Shown: piece by piece, positions 12,201-23,556 of the stretch | How the letters are laid out: each line of letters begins with the position of its first letter | Numbering within the stretch: the stretch's first letter is position 1 | Source: Oculina patagonica | Taxonomy: Eukaryota | Direction: 5' to 3' | DNA length: 64,000 nucleotides | NCBI RefSeq assembly: GCF_052425735.1 | Contig: NC_135768.1 | Location: 8,742,001-8,806,000, forward strand | Position numbers and translations under genes: made by a program | The notes under the pieces: model-generated | Told to the model about the DNA's origin: nothing | The model's input: the letters and a program-made list of their open reading frames with translations, nothing else | Databases searched by the model: none

Positions 12201-15200
12201 GTACCAGGCATGAGTGTCCAACTACAGTAAAGCATACACATGCGTACATGTACATATAAAATATTCTATTGGGGTTTTAATCAGGCTGCTGATAACCAAT
12301 CAGATTCAAGATATTTTCAAATTATAGTTTTATTACACATTATAACAGTTGCCTTACAAAGTAGTTAGTTTCATTATGACTACTTACTGAATAGCGTCCA
12401 TTATTCGAAGGATGATAAAAAGATTCCAGTGCTTTGAATAACTTACAAAGATGTTCCTGAGTTGGACTGGAGCCACTCTGAAAGGCAACAAATTTATTTA
12501 ACTTTAATTACAGAGTGAAAGTTTAATAAACAATAAGCTTATCCTTGTTTCTGTAACATTAAGCAGCTATTAATATTTCTACTCCCCCTTGCATGCATGC
12601 GATGCTTGTCCCATTTGTACACTGGGGTAGAGAAAGGCCATATAAGGTTAAGTGTCTTGCCTAAGTAAACCATTAATTTTTCCTAACACAAAGCCAGGGC
12701 TTGAACCCAGATTACTCAATACAGAGTCCAGTGCACTAACCATTAGGCCACTGGAAAAGAAAAGGGAAGCCTCGAGCCAAGTGGCCCATACTGCCAGAGC
12801 TTATTCTGTTTTTTATAGCATTAAGCAGTTAGGAATATTTCTACTCCCCCTTGGATGGGATGCTAGTCCATTGCAGGGTACCCCCCCTCCCCCCAGCATT
12901 ATTTCGCCAGTACCCATTTATACACTTTGGTGGAGAGAGCCACTATGAGAGTTAAGTGTCTTGCCCAAGAACACAACACAGCAAACCTGGCCAGGGCTCA
13001 ACCCGGACCGTTCAATCCAGAGTCCAACGCACTAGCCATTAGGCCACCACTCCTCCCAAAATGCAGGTGTATTCTGCCAGCAAATAGACAATTCGCCACT
13101 TCGGCTTTAGATTTCACGTGTAGTGTCACGTGACTTTTTTGGTAAACAAAGACCGAAAGTTCGGACATCTGTCGAACATACTTGTATAGTGGGTAGTATA
13201 CAAGCAGAATGTCCACGACTAAAAGATGTGCTTATTTTGCTTGTAAAAACGATTCCCGATATCCTGAAACCTTAACGGCGATTAAGTCAAGTTCTCTCAT
13301 TTTTTTGGCGCAACTAGACAGAAAGGGAGAAGGTAAAAAGTGGACAAGGGCATGTCATGGCGATTTGGTACTCGTTCGTGTGTACAAAGGATAATTACTT
13401 TGTAGTCTACATTTTGTCAGTAGAAATGGTCCAGCAAAGAGGGATACTTAACCTATAACTGCTGTTGCTAGTACAGAAAGGGTAAGTTCATCCGTTTAAT
13501 GTCATCGATCGCAGTGATAAAGAGAGAATTTTCAACGCGCGGCCATTGCTGTTGTTGTTTAAGTTACTCGTAAAATTATTTTTTACCGTTTCTTGACATT
13601 CCGTCAGTGAAATTAGTTCAAGCAAATTCAAAGCTAACCTTTGTACCGTCTAAAACTTCTAACGAATGCGTAAATGCCGTCGCTTTTATGTCATAAATCA
13701 CAGCGATAAAAATATAATTTTCAACCCGTGGTCTGTTGATGTCGTGTTTATGTTCTTCGTAAATTATTTTTTACCGTTCGTTGACAATCCATCAATGAAA
13801 TCCATTCAACCAAATTTTTAAAAAGCTTCTCTTCGAACTTTCTAAAACTCTAAAATTATGAACGCGTAAATGCCGACCCTTTTATATGCAATCGCGGCCG
13901 ATAAATTATCATATTCAATCTCAATCAATCGGTGTTGTATTGCTGTTGTTTTCACTTCGTTCGCTTGAAAAACGTTTTCTTCGCAGTCACTGAATCAATT
14001 ACGACTGTGAAAAAATAATAAGAGTTGTGCATAAGCATCAACAGGGTTTTAGCCACTGATCGTTCAAGGTAAATTTTCTTGCTTTTATTTTTGTCTCGTT
14101 AACATGATATTTCGTTTACGATTGAGTCGCGACACCTTGGCATGGCGCGGTATAAATTCAAACGACAGTGACATATAAAGCATAAATAGACGAACTTACT
14201 CTTTCTTTACCAGCAACAACAGATAAAGGAACAGAATCACTCTTTGTTGGACCATTTCTACTGACAAAATGTAGACTACAAACTAACTGTCCTTTGTACA
14301 CACGAACGAGTACCAAATCGCCATGACATGCTCTTGTCCACTTTTTACCTTCTCTCGTTCTGTCTAGTTGTGCCAGAAAAATGGAAGAACTTGACTTAAT
14401 CGCGTTTAGGTTTATTATTCAGGATTCAGGATATCGGGAATCGTTTTTACAAGCACAATAAGCACATCTTTTAGTCGTGGACATTCTGCTTGTATACTAC
14501 CCACTATACAAGTATGTTCGACAGATGTCCGAACTTTCGGTCTTTGTTTTCCAAAAAAGTCACGTGACACTGCGTGACACTACACGTGAAATCTAAAGCC
14601 GAAGTGGTGAATTAATGCTAATTAATGAAAAGAAATCCACTGAAATTTATCTGCTTTCAAAACGTCGGCAAAAAGTAAAAGGCTTACCATTGAATTAATT
14701 ATCCAAATAACAAATGAACTAATAATGCTTGAATAATCTTTAAGGCTGCTAACTGGAGTATTACCACCAACAGGAAGGTGAAAATTCTTTAAAATCCGTG
14801 TAAATACCTAAAGATTGTAAATCAAGAATAGCAAATTAGCAATCAGTTCATGCTTTAGCATGCACTCTCAAGTTATGGTGCACAAGGGAAGTTTGGAGAG
14901 CACGAAAGATGTTTTCTTGAGTTGCTCAAGGCGATAGCCGAGAGCAATTCTGGCTTCTTGAGTGCTCTCCAAACTACGATGCACGCTTACCATACTGAAT
15001 TTGATTGCGTGGCTCTGCTAGCTGTATGTTATAATGGTTAATTGTGTTTTCGGTCAATAATAATGGGACAACTGATGCTGTTTGAAATCTCATTACTCAC
15101 AGTTGCAAGATATGGACTCCAATCGACAAATCCAATGTTATCTTTTGCAAGCCTGGCAAACAACTTCAAGCAGTCCTGAAAGAGTGACAAAATTTTTGCA

Positions 15201-18200
15201 TAAGTGGAGAATTTTTCCAAGAACATCACAGCAAGATATGAGCAATATAGGTCAAACCATTTGCAACTACAAAAATGTGAACAGCAAATTTTCAACTTGA
15301 AAACAATACAGCATGTTAATTTTTTTTTAATATATCATTAGGTGTACAGTAGGTTAGAAGTCAACCACAATTAATTATCCTTTTGTTTTTTGTTTTCTTG
15401 ATTTGTACTGTTTTGTTGCTACTCAAAGAACTTTATAATGAGTGCAGTCAAACCAAAGGGACAGGAATGAATGAGTGAATGAATGAATTTTGGAGGAGTA
15501 TGGTGGAGTTTATATGAATTTTGGTATCTTTTAAACTTTGAATTTTGGTATATTTTAAACCAAGTAAACTGTCCTGAACAGGAAGATGACCGTACATATT
15601 AAATACACTTGTAGGGGTGTTCCTAAGGAGAGGTTTGACTGAACAACTTAACTTATTATAAGAACCTTGTTTAACTCTACACACGACATACCTCTTCCCA
15701 TCTAGAACTGCTTGTACAAGATTGCCAAATGCCCAACAGCTCATCAAACCACAACCTATACCAAATGAAAATGGTATTAAATGTAAAACTGCCATTAGGT
15801 ACATTTGTATTTGAATTTGAAGTCACTTGATTCTTAGCATGATTGTCATCTGAAAACATTTGCAGTTACATCTGAAAAATTTGTTTGCATTAAGAGCTTC
15901 TTGTTAGTGGAAAATACAAATGTAGGTAAAATAATAAATAAATGTGCTTTCTGTGATAAACCACATGGGATTGACAATTTTTAGACCGACATGTTACTGT
16001 AAGAATCAGAAACTTTTTTAAATTCAAATTTCTAACTGCAGTTTTACCACTCATTAGGTGGTTTTGGTAGTACATGTAGTTCTTGCTGTGTATCAATTGA
16101 CATATTCTGATGTTCAATAATGGTATAAATTACAACCTACTTGAAACCTTTGTCGTGCTTTTCAGGCAGAAGTGTCGTCGGCAAAAACAAGGAAAAGTAA
16201 AACATTGCTTTGCCAAAAGTAACATCATAAGGACACAGTAATGGCCGCCACTCGTCCAGCATTTCTTGGGTAGAGTCTTCTGAAAAATACCTGAAAATAA
16301 AACAGAAGGGTTTTAGGTTTAATAATTACATTTGTATTACTGCCTGCGTAGGAATTTACAGTTGGTATGGTCAAATAGAGTAACTAACATTGAACTATGG
16401 CAGAGATCTGGGCAAACTTCAGTGGAAGAAGCTATCCGGAGAAGGAAATGGAAATGGCTAGGTCACACAGGTCTTAAGGAAGCCTCCCTGTACCATCACA
16501 AGGCAAGCTTTGAACTGTACATGTAGAATCCTCAAGGGAGTCAAAAGAGAGGTCGACCAAGGAACACCTGGAGATGTTCGCTAGAAGCAGAGATCAAGTC
16601 CATGGGCAAGAGTTGGTACCAGGCTAGAGAGGGATGCACAGGACAGGAGGCTATGGTGAGAGACTGTTGATGGCCTATGCTCCTGAGAAGGAGTGAAGGG
16701 CTACTACTAATTTATACTTGTGAAGAGAGGCACTGTGAAAGCAAAAAGATCGGCACGCACAAGATGACTTGTCTCTGCAATAAGTCAAGACATCTCTTCT
16801 TGTGAATAAGTGTAACTCATCCCCTTAAACAAAGTTTGTCACAGAAGGAGACTTGGCCCAAAACTTGTCTCCTTGTGTAAACACTATCATAATGGAGGAC
16901 TGGTCTCAGTGACAACTTACCTCATGTACACATGTGTACAACAAATTATTGTACGTGTACATATACGCTGACCTTAAGTGTTTTACCAAACACCACACAA
17001 TGACTCTGGCTAGTGCTTGAATTCAGAATTCTTGATCCAGAGTCCAAAAAATTATTTTATTCCTGAATCAGTTCTATAGTGTACAGTCAACATTACAAGT
17101 TAACTGTAGAGTGTTCATGAGCATTTTAAATCATCCTTCTGTAAAATAGCAAAACTCTACTACTCACACTCTTGATACACGAACAACATGTTTCACGGTC
17201 TCTTCAAGCTTTCTGATAATGAAAAACAAAAAAGAACATTAACTGTAAATAAATTTTATGATCATGGCAACTTTTTACATGTACAGTACCGCTCAAATGT
17301 ACATGTTATAGGTCAAATTTAAATTCAGGTTAATTTTTTTTTAACCTAGGTTATTTTTGTCAACCTAGGTTAAATTTATGGTTATTCAAGACAGGGCTAG
17401 AGACTAACGGTAGCCAACTAGCCAAAGGCTGCTAAAATTTAGGTTTTGGCTACCAGGTTTAGCATTCCTACTAGCCATTTGGCTAGTGAAAAACTCGGAA
17501 AAGTAAACTGTTCTTGATAGAAATCAATATACCTGACTAGTGAAAAATTACTTTTGGCTAGTAAAATCTGTCATGTCACTAGCCAGTAAACCAGCGAGTT
17601 AAAAAGTTAGTCTCAAGCCCTGCAAGAGAGGGCCTCTTTTTGCAGAAGATCAAGTTGTTTACCAAAATGACATTTGTATTTGTTTTGTACATGTAACAGT
17701 CATGGGTACAGTGCATCCTGAGTATTCTCTGTCAGAACCGACATCCCATAATCCCAGGGCATTACATGTAAACTTATGTTCATTTTTTTTAGAAAAAAAA
17801 TACTAGTGTTACATGTATTTTGAGCTGTGCAAAGAGAAGAAAATAATTCAAAAGATATTCAAACTTACAATGGGTGTTTCTTCAGTCCAGCAACTTCATA
17901 TTTAGAATGAAATGTGAAGTCCACCAGATCGTAAAGAGGTCTCCACGGCAGAACAAGATCATCTCTTGATAGTAGTTCACGCTTTCTAATAAAAGTAAAT
18001 ACATGTACCTGTAGCTATCAGTAAAGTGGCATGCAGGTGTAATCTTAACAAGAAAATTGCAGACGTTTAAATGCAGCCGTAAGGAGCAGATAATTTCTGT
18101 TTCTTTTCTAAAGGATACATACAGTTTGCACACTCTTAGAGATATCCAAAAAACAAACTGCATTTGGTAAGGGTTCATTTATAGTTTTCTGGCTGTTGTA

Positions 18201-19805
18201 TACGTAGAAAGATTCAACTGCAGAATGATCCACTTACTTGAGCAGCAGAATTAAGACATGGCCAAAGGCAATCACATATTGAGGGTCAAGGTTAGGGGCT
18301 GTAGTCAGTTCAAAAAAGATCTGTATAAAATTCAGATGGTCCTCCTTTGAAAACTTTCTTCCATAGAGCTTGATATAGCTAAAAGAGAAAACAATTGAAA
18401 ATAATTATTCAGCACTGGTACTGACATAAGATTATCTAGCTAAACCTTGGTTACACATGAACATATTGGCCTGTATGCATTTTCTAGTGTATTAGTTCTC
18501 AAAACACTTGCTGGCTGTTCCCTGAAGCTTGTTTTAGTATGAGGTCTGACCATATATTTTTACGAGTTTTGCATTACTTTGGCTTGCCCATAGGGTTAGA
18601 CAAAATACAAAAATGATGAGCAAATATGCACAGCCATACATGTACTGCACACCAAAACTGTCTAATAAGAAATTTATATTATCCAATGATTTATTTTCCC
18701 AAAAACCTGCCCTTCAGATGGTCAGATGAAATAAGCTTACTGCATGGAACAGGTCTGTATTAAAACCCATTTTGTGCAGTAAAAAATGTGAGATATTTTG
18801 TACTCTACAAAAAGAAGTTGAATCCTGACTACATCTACATGTATTTCCAATGACCTTGAACATTTTTCAGCTGACTTTTTTTTGCTGACCAGTGACAACT
18901 CTGTCTACACCAAGTTATTTAGTTAATAATATATGGCAAGTATGTCTAGTAACATAACATCTACATTATCAGGGTACATGTATTTACACTACATAATTAT
19001 TACTAACACATGATGACCTTGCTAAATTCCTTAACTATGTCTTGTAGCAAAAATAAATAAATTAAATTATGACCTTGCAAAATTGGTTAACAACTCCACA
19101 TTACAGCTCTAGGCTTGAGAAAAAGAAACCCAAAACAATTTAATTTAATTTTAGAGAAGGCTGCAGTTGTATTACATAAACGTATGTTTAGAAAGCTGTG
19201 AATTGTGTGAGTTTATATTACTTCTCATAGGTGCAGCCTGGCTGTTGCGAAATTGGTCAAATTGAACCGTTATTTAGTTAAGTATTGAAGTTACACTGTA
19301 TACATGTATAATTTTGATCTGACTTGCTATTTCTCAGCTAAAATTAAGCTGTCATTTTCTTCTTGCAGAAATGAAGATCTTTGTGATCAAACACCAGCAA
19401 ATGTTTATAAATCCCTTAAATTAAATTGCTGTTACATTTTTCCAATTAAAAATCAACTAAAACAACATCTAGATCCAACTGAGATCGAAAGACATCAGTA
19501 CAGGAAGTAGGGTTAGATTTGCAAAACAATAATCGCCAAATTAAAACTCTTCAATTTATATATACTCCGGCTTTTGACTTAATGTTAAGTCACAAATTCG
19601 GTATCGATCCCTTATTCGAAGCCACTTACTTTGTCAGTCTATTGCTCCAGTAGAGAATTCCAGGACTGGTTTCCTTAAACACCACAGCGCGTCCAAGACT
19701 GTACTTGATCTCGGAAAGAAATTTATTGGACTCTTCATCTAGCCTGTCTTTGTACGGTAGAAAACGATTGTAAACGATTTCCTTCTGCGGCTTGAAGTCC
19801 AACAT
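168..19805 (-). CDS. PSME4: Proteasome activator complex subunit 4 (PA200/Blm10), 5' part: 24 coding exons, ~856 codons, continues beyond the left edge
   Basis: Manually spliced with GT-AG introns and consistent phases. The translation follows human PSME4 colinearly (PQKEIVYN..., [64 protein letters not shown]). Confidence 0.97.
360..418 (-). CDS. PSME4: PSME4 exon 23
   Basis: [19 protein letters not shown]; phases 2/1 join exons 22 and 24; weak sequence similarity. Confidence 0.78.
1109..1204 (-). CDS. PSME4: PSME4 exon 22
   Basis: [31 protein letters not shown]. Confidence 0.9.
1234..1775. mobile_element. PIF/Harbinger-like MITE with TTCCGGAATGA subterminal repeats
   Basis: TIRs GGGCCTGTTTACATGATTCCGGAATGACTTTCATTCCGGAAC / GTTCCGGAATGAAAGTCATTCCGGAATCATGTAAACAGGCTC; left flank TTA. 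Confidence 0.85.
1823..2554. mobile_element. TTAA-flanked (Kolobok-like) non-autonomous element(s)
   Basis: Left ends TTAAAGGAGCTATGTCACGG (1823) and TTAAAGGGACTGTGTCGTGG (2145); right end CCGTGACACGGTCGCTTTAA (2554). Confidence 0.7.
2601..2758 (-). CDS. PSME4: PSME4 exon 21
   Basis: [22 protein letters not shown]...FLQPEL. Confidence 0.95.
3179..3283 (-). CDS. PSME4: PSME4 exon 20
   Basis: [35 protein letters not shown]. Confidence 0.92.
3582..3686 (-). CDS. PSME4: PSME4 exon 19
   Basis: [35 protein letters not shown]. Confidence 0.92.
4277..4344 (-). CDS. PSME4: PSME4 exon 18
   Basis: [22 protein letters not shown]. Confidence 0.94.
4505..4622 (-). mobile_element. LINE (L2/CR1 group) 3' tail
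   Basis: Minus strand: GAGGTGGCCTCC...GGAGGTCTCCTC stem, then AATAAA and a (TGA)n tail. Confidence 0.55.
5013..5082 (-). CDS. PSME4: PSME4 exon 17
   Basis: [23 protein letters not shown]. Confidence 0.94.
5657..5755 (-). CDS. PSME4: PSME4 exon 16
   Basis: [33 protein letters not shown]. Confidence 0.95.
5936..6150 (+). mobile_element. tRNA-derived SINE with a V-SINE-like core
   Basis: A box TAGCACAGTGG, B box GGTTCGATTCC, then GGGTTGAGTTTGTTG...CTCCAGTTTACCTCCC. Confidence 0.8.
6452..6614 (-). CDS. PSME4: PSME4 exon 15
   Basis: [11 protein letters not shown]...[16 protein letters not shown]. Confidence 0.94.
6710..6958. mobile_element. hAT-like MITE with TGCTCGC subterminal repeats
   Basis: TIRs AGGGGTCATGAATGGTC / GACCATTTGATACCCCT; many TGCTCG(C) motifs. 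Confidence 0.7.
6974..7038 (-). CDS. PSME4: PSME4 exon 14
   Basis: [21 protein letters not shown]. Confidence 0.95.
7151..7237 (-). CDS. PSME4: PSME4 exon 13
   Basis: [29 protein letters not shown]. Confidence 0.93.
7702..8248. mobile_element. MITE with TA target duplication, nested in an older repeat (~7650-8670)
   Basis: TA|CCTTATTATAGGAA ... TTCCTATAATAAGG|TA; internal AATTAACGCGAA repeats. Confidence 0.85.
8304..8458. mobile_element. Palindromic Harbinger-type MITE with TAA TSD
   Basis: TAA|TGGTGGATTTCCACTGACGCGTAA ... TTACGCGTCAGTGGAAATCCACCA|TAA; nearly the whole element is self-complementary. Confidence 0.9.
9265..9451 (-). CDS. PSME4: PSME4 exon 12
   Basis: [21 protein letters not shown]...[13 protein letters not shown]. 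Confidence 0.96.
9709..11044 (+). mobile_element. Non-autonomous Helentron/Helitron-like element
   Basis: SubTIRs TGCCAACGAG (9713) / CTCGTTGGCA (11011), 5' hairpin CGAGACAGGC..GCCTGTCTCG, 3' hairpin TACC-GATA-GGTA, CTAG-T end. Confidence 0.72.
11232..11438 (-). CDS. PSME4: PSME4 exon 11
   Basis: [15 protein letters not shown]...[22 protein letters not shown]. Confidence 0.95.
11825..11883 (-). CDS. PSME4: PSME4 exon 10
   Basis: [19 protein letters not shown]. Confidence 0.93.
12388..12477 (-). CDS. PSME4: PSME4 exon 9
   Basis: [30 protein letters not shown]. Confidence 0.95.
12535..13050 (-). mobile_element. Two tandem tRNA-derived CORE-like SINE copies
   Basis: Minus strand GTGGCCTAATGG(T/C)TAGTGC head twice (~12750, ~13048) and the CORE-like TTGGGCAAGACACTTAACTCTC...TATAAATGGGTAC. 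Confidence 0.8.
13086..14613. mobile_element. Foldback DNA transposon with ~400-bp TIRs, each carrying a decayed THAP-domain exon
   Basis: 13086-13500 is inverted-similar to ~14180-14613. Each arm reads MSTTKRCAY(F/C)[10 protein letters not shown]...KKWTRAC...[11 protein letters not shown] (frameshifted) then GTAAGT. ~190-bp tandem units lie between the arms. Confidence 0.88.
14688..14807 (-). CDS. PSME4: PSME4 exon 8
   Basis: [15 protein letters not shown]...FVIWIINSM; tag/GTAAGC. Confidence 0.94.
15101..15175 (-). CDS. PSME4: PSME4 exon 7
   Basis: [25 protein letters not shown]; cag/GTGAGT. Confidence 0.95.
15692..15755 (-). CDS. PSME4: PSME4 exon 6
   Basis: [21 protein letters not shown]; tag/GTATGT. 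Confidence 0.94.
16141..16290 (-). CDS. PSME4: PSME4 exon 5
   Basis: [25 protein letters not shown]...HDKGF. Confidence 0.95.
16335..16710 (+). mobile_element. RTE-clade LINE 3' fragment
   Basis: [49 protein letters not shown], with frameshifts and a (CTA)n tail. Confidence 0.85.
17168..17212 (-). CDS. PSME4: PSME4 exon 4
   Basis: 45 nt, [14 protein letters not shown]; cag/GTGAGT; phase-consistent. Confidence 0.88.
17392..17622. mobile_element. hAT-like MITE with 5-bp TSD (CAAGA)
   Basis: CAAGA|CAGGGCTAGAGACTAAC ... GTTAGTCTCAAGCCCTG|CAAGA. Confidence 0.85.
17869..17985 (-). CDS. PSME4: PSME4 exon 3
   Basis: [30 protein letters not shown]...; AG/GTAAGT. Confidence 0.95.
18238..18378 (-). 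CDS. PSME4: PSME4 exon 2
   Basis: [24 protein letters not shown]...LILLL; tttag acceptor, GTAAGT donor. Confidence 0.95.
19630..19805 (-). CDS. PSME4: PSME4 exon 1
   Basis: ATG at 19805; [26 protein letters not shown]...YWSNRLT; donor AA|GTAAGT. Confidence 0.93.
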
Positions 19806-22800
19806 AACTTTGAATTTTTGATCTTGGGACGATCACTTGTTACTGTGTTTCTATTTCTAACGAAGCATATCGCAAGAACAGCATAAAACTTCCATCAATC
19901 TTGACTAAAAAGATGATCATTCGGTTGATTTCGCCGATTCACTGTTACAAAGCATGGTGTGGTGACCAGCGGATGGCTGTGGTAGTCATGCGTGTTGCGC
20001 TTTGGACCAATTGGACGCGGGCTCTGGGAACGAGAATGTCTCGCGCCAAATTTTCTCAGGAATTTTGCTCATTTGTTTTGAGCGATCGTTTCAACAAAGA
20101 GATTAGCTGAATCTTTGTAAAGTTTTAAGTAAAAATGACGTAAAAGTGTTGTTGTACTGGTTTATCTTCTAAATTGCTTGTTCAACTTGATACTCCCTTG
20201 AAATTCATTTGAAAAATTGCCTCGTCCCAGGGCCTTTTTACCCGATTTTCTTCCCCTCCTCCTTCTTTTTTCCCCTCCCGGAAAAGGGTTTTTTTTTTGG
20301 AAATTATATTTTTAAAAAATTTTTAATTTTTTTTTTACCCCCCCAAAAAAAAAATTTAGAATTTTGATGACGTCACGTGATTAAACCAAGAATCGGCATC
20401 AGCCGGCCGGTTATAAAACTTAGTGTTACCTCACGAGGCCGCTATGTCAGTATGACCTTTCCGCCATTTCCGGTGATCAAGGCCGAAACTGGTTCGTCCA
20501 AGGGTCTCCTTAATAAAAAACCCAAAGCCGCCAAACGGCACAGAACGCCGTCTCAGGAGCGTCCCGGGGCTAGGGGACGTGCATGTGCACCTTTGGCCGG
20601 GCGAAGTCGTGCAAGGAGCGGACGGATAAAATTATGCGTTACACCCAAGTTGGCCAAAGACGCTTGAAATTAGGGCAAAGTAGGCACGGCATGGTCTTGT
20701 CTGGTTTTTACACGTGTAAACAGTCTGAAAACAGCACAGTATTTCAATGGGAAAGTATGCATTGAATTTAGAAGTCAGCTGCGAACGCACTTGTTTTTAA
20801 AATAAGCAGGATTCTCAGTTATCCGGGATGGCAGGATCAAAAAGGTAGTGGGCTCGGTATCGTGAAAAAGCTTATTTCAGGGCCGTACATAGCGGGGGGT
20901 GGTGGCAGGGGCAGGGAGGCAGGGGACACGGGGGGGGCATGGCAGTTGCCCCCGCAAGAAAAAATATATTTTTTTAACATAGTGTTTGATTTTGCTGGGC
21001 TATTTCTTGTAGCTATATTAGTCCGAAATCTACCCAAAACCGACTAATTGATTGACAAATCTTCCTTCAATCAGTTAATTCCAAATAATTATTTTGGAAA
21101 ATTTTTGTAGGCAAAAGGCAGTACGAGTTTTCTGATGAAAATAATGATTATGTAATTTGGGCTGCCTGTGGTTTAGAATTTGGCGGGAAACAGTTGACGC
21201 GTGTTTCTTGCCAACGTTTGCAAAACGTTTCTCTCTCAATCCGCTGGGAAAAACTAGTGTCGGGAAGAAGTGCCCGGCTCCCGCTCAACAAGGTATATTA
21301 AATGGGCTTCTTAGACACCAAAAGAAGGCAAGTATCAAACTACAACGTGTGTTGTTTAATACATCTAATAGTTGCTTTGGTTGCTGTGTTCATTCTTAGC
21401 TCGTTGTAGTATGTAAATCGGTGAGCCAGCCCACTTTAACAGTTTTGTAGTTTGGACAAAACAACATTGCAATTTAACCGACGTCCAGTGATTGAATACT
21501 CTATGAAATTATTCTTAACTTTTCAAAATTCGATAGCTCCAATGATGAGAACAACGATGAGAACCAAACAAGTGAGGAATTGACTAGCACAGAGGGTACG
21601 TTGAATACAATTGAAAGAATATATGATTTGACTTTACATGTAGATTCGGTTTTCGCAAACCATCGGCAGCGTTGTGCATATAGCGTCAACGGTACTCTGA
21701 TTTTTGAAGTAAGGGCTTATTGATATGATTGACTGTAGAAGCTAACTGCAACGCTGCATTTTATGTAGGTTATGCACCTATCAATGTCAAGCCCGAGGGT
21801 GGGGGGGGGGGGGGCAGATCAGACCAAGGGATTTTGACATTTATTGGAAGCCAGAGTCAAATTCCCTAGCCCTGGGCACCTAGTGAATGTCATGCATATT
21901 TCACTTATCTCCTCTTAAATTTCTAACCCAGCAGACCGTTTTAGATGTCAAAACCCCTACCCTGGGAGAGCTTCACGATGTCAAATTCCCAACGTGAAAC
22001 CCTGTCTGTATACGGGAGACCCCTATGAAGGAGTGGGGACTTTGGCCCCGCAGACAAAAAATCCTAGGTTTACGGCCCTGTAATATTTTGTCCCTCCTCT
22101 ATCTTAGGCTCCAGAAAGGAATGTTTTATACCGCGGATGAGTATTTTAAGTCTCTCATCCTGATTTCATGGACTGAGATATGATGAAATTAAAGAAGAGA
22201 AATAAAAAACGGCTCATTCAGATTTTTTGCAATTTGTTCTTCGACTTCTCATCGTCGGTAGTGACATTGTCTTTCTCTGGGCCTCCGGGAACTTGAATCC
22301 AACAACCAGTTTTTCTTATGAAAAATTACCAATTAATAAAAAAAAAAATCTTCAACTTATCTTGTTATTTTCATATCCACTAAGAAGATTTTTTTCTTTT
22401 CTTTTTTTTTTCTTTTCTATCTTCTTTCTTCCCTTCTCTTTTCTTCTTCTTTTTTTATCGCTCTATGATAATATTTACTTTTTTTTTTTTTTTTAAAAAA
22501 GGTAAAAAAAACCATAAAAATATGATAAAACGAATTTCGACTGTTGTCATCATCAGGGTTTGAAAGGCGTCAAATATTGCACAATTTATAGCTAACGTAT
22601 TCCTAAAGGCAACAACTGCACATAGTAATTAATTTGTTTAAGTGATATATGTAAGATGTGTTAATGACATAGGTATATGCAATGCTCTGTTGCTATACCG
22701 GTACAGTTGGGTTACAGAAAGTATTCTTTTATTGGCTAACAGTTATCCCCCCCCCCCCAACTCAATAAAATCACTAGACAATAATTATTAAAACTCTCCA

Positions 22801-22835
22801 TGATACCCCGCAATGTTCTTTGAAGATTAAGTGTC

Positions 22836-22910
22836 CACCTCGTTCCCAGGGTCTCTCTCTCCCCGCCCGTCTTAGGGGGCGTGGAGAAAGAGACCCTGGG
22901 AACGAGGTTG
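22836..22910. mobile_element. Short palindromic MITE
   Basis: ACCTCGTTCCCAGGGTCTCT ... AGAGACCCTGGGAACGAGGT. Confidence 0.85.
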
Positions 22911-23284
22911 ACTAAGTGTCTGACTGAATTACCTGACTCAGTTTAAACACATCGCTGGCGGTCATTAATTAAACTACAAGGTCGACTAGAGTAGCATCTC
23001 ATTTTTGTATTTTTTGTGTCAGTCGAGTGGGCGAGCAAACGAGCACACGATCGCACGTGCGCACGTTCTCACAAGCGCACGTGCCAAAGAGCGTGGGCGC
23101 ACCAGCGCACGAGGTGACGCGAATCACTTCGCCCTTGTGTGTCGCGTCTCCACGTGAATGTGCGAAGTGATTTTTAGCGCACGCTCCCTTGCTTGCCCAA
23201 TCGACTGATCTTAAGAAATACGAGGGACTACTCGCAGTGTAGTAAATTGACTGCAGAACATTCTGATATTGTTTAGGTGCCAGT

Positions 23285-23555
23285 TAAGGACTGGGTGCCT
23301 ACTGAATAGCGAGTTTCTTTTTCCCGGCCGATGAGTATGCAAGAAAATTCAAAAAGAAAATCGGGTTTAGCTACGCAAATTTTTGAGATAATCATTAAAA
23401 AGGTTTGAAATCTTGAAAAAGGTGCTGACGTGGCATTTTCAAAAAAAGTTAATGGAAATATGAATTTCTTACAAATTCCCTTTGAATTTGGTTTTTCGTA
23501 AACAAAATCAACATTAGGTATAACGATCTTAAAAATAACAAACAAATACGTTGAA
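23285..23555. mobile_element. Single end of a TTAA-type (Kolobok-like) element abutting the PA14 ORF stop
   Basis: Begins TTAAGGACTGGGTGCCTACT; no matching opposite TIR seen. The family assignment is from recalled similarity to common coral repeats. Confidence 0.5.
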
Positions 23556-23556
23556 C

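Noticed and set aside
20200-20360. Homopolymer-rich purine/pyrimidine runs (also 22310-22510)
   Set aside because: Looks like low-quality consensus or decayed repeat; the Phe-rich ORF at 22227-22496 is a compositional artefact.
20877-21760. Exon-like pieces that might be the missing glycosyltransferase half
   Set aside because: No glycosyltransferase motifs found; the CAGGGCCGTAC start and G-rich tract suggest a decayed DNA-transposon end.
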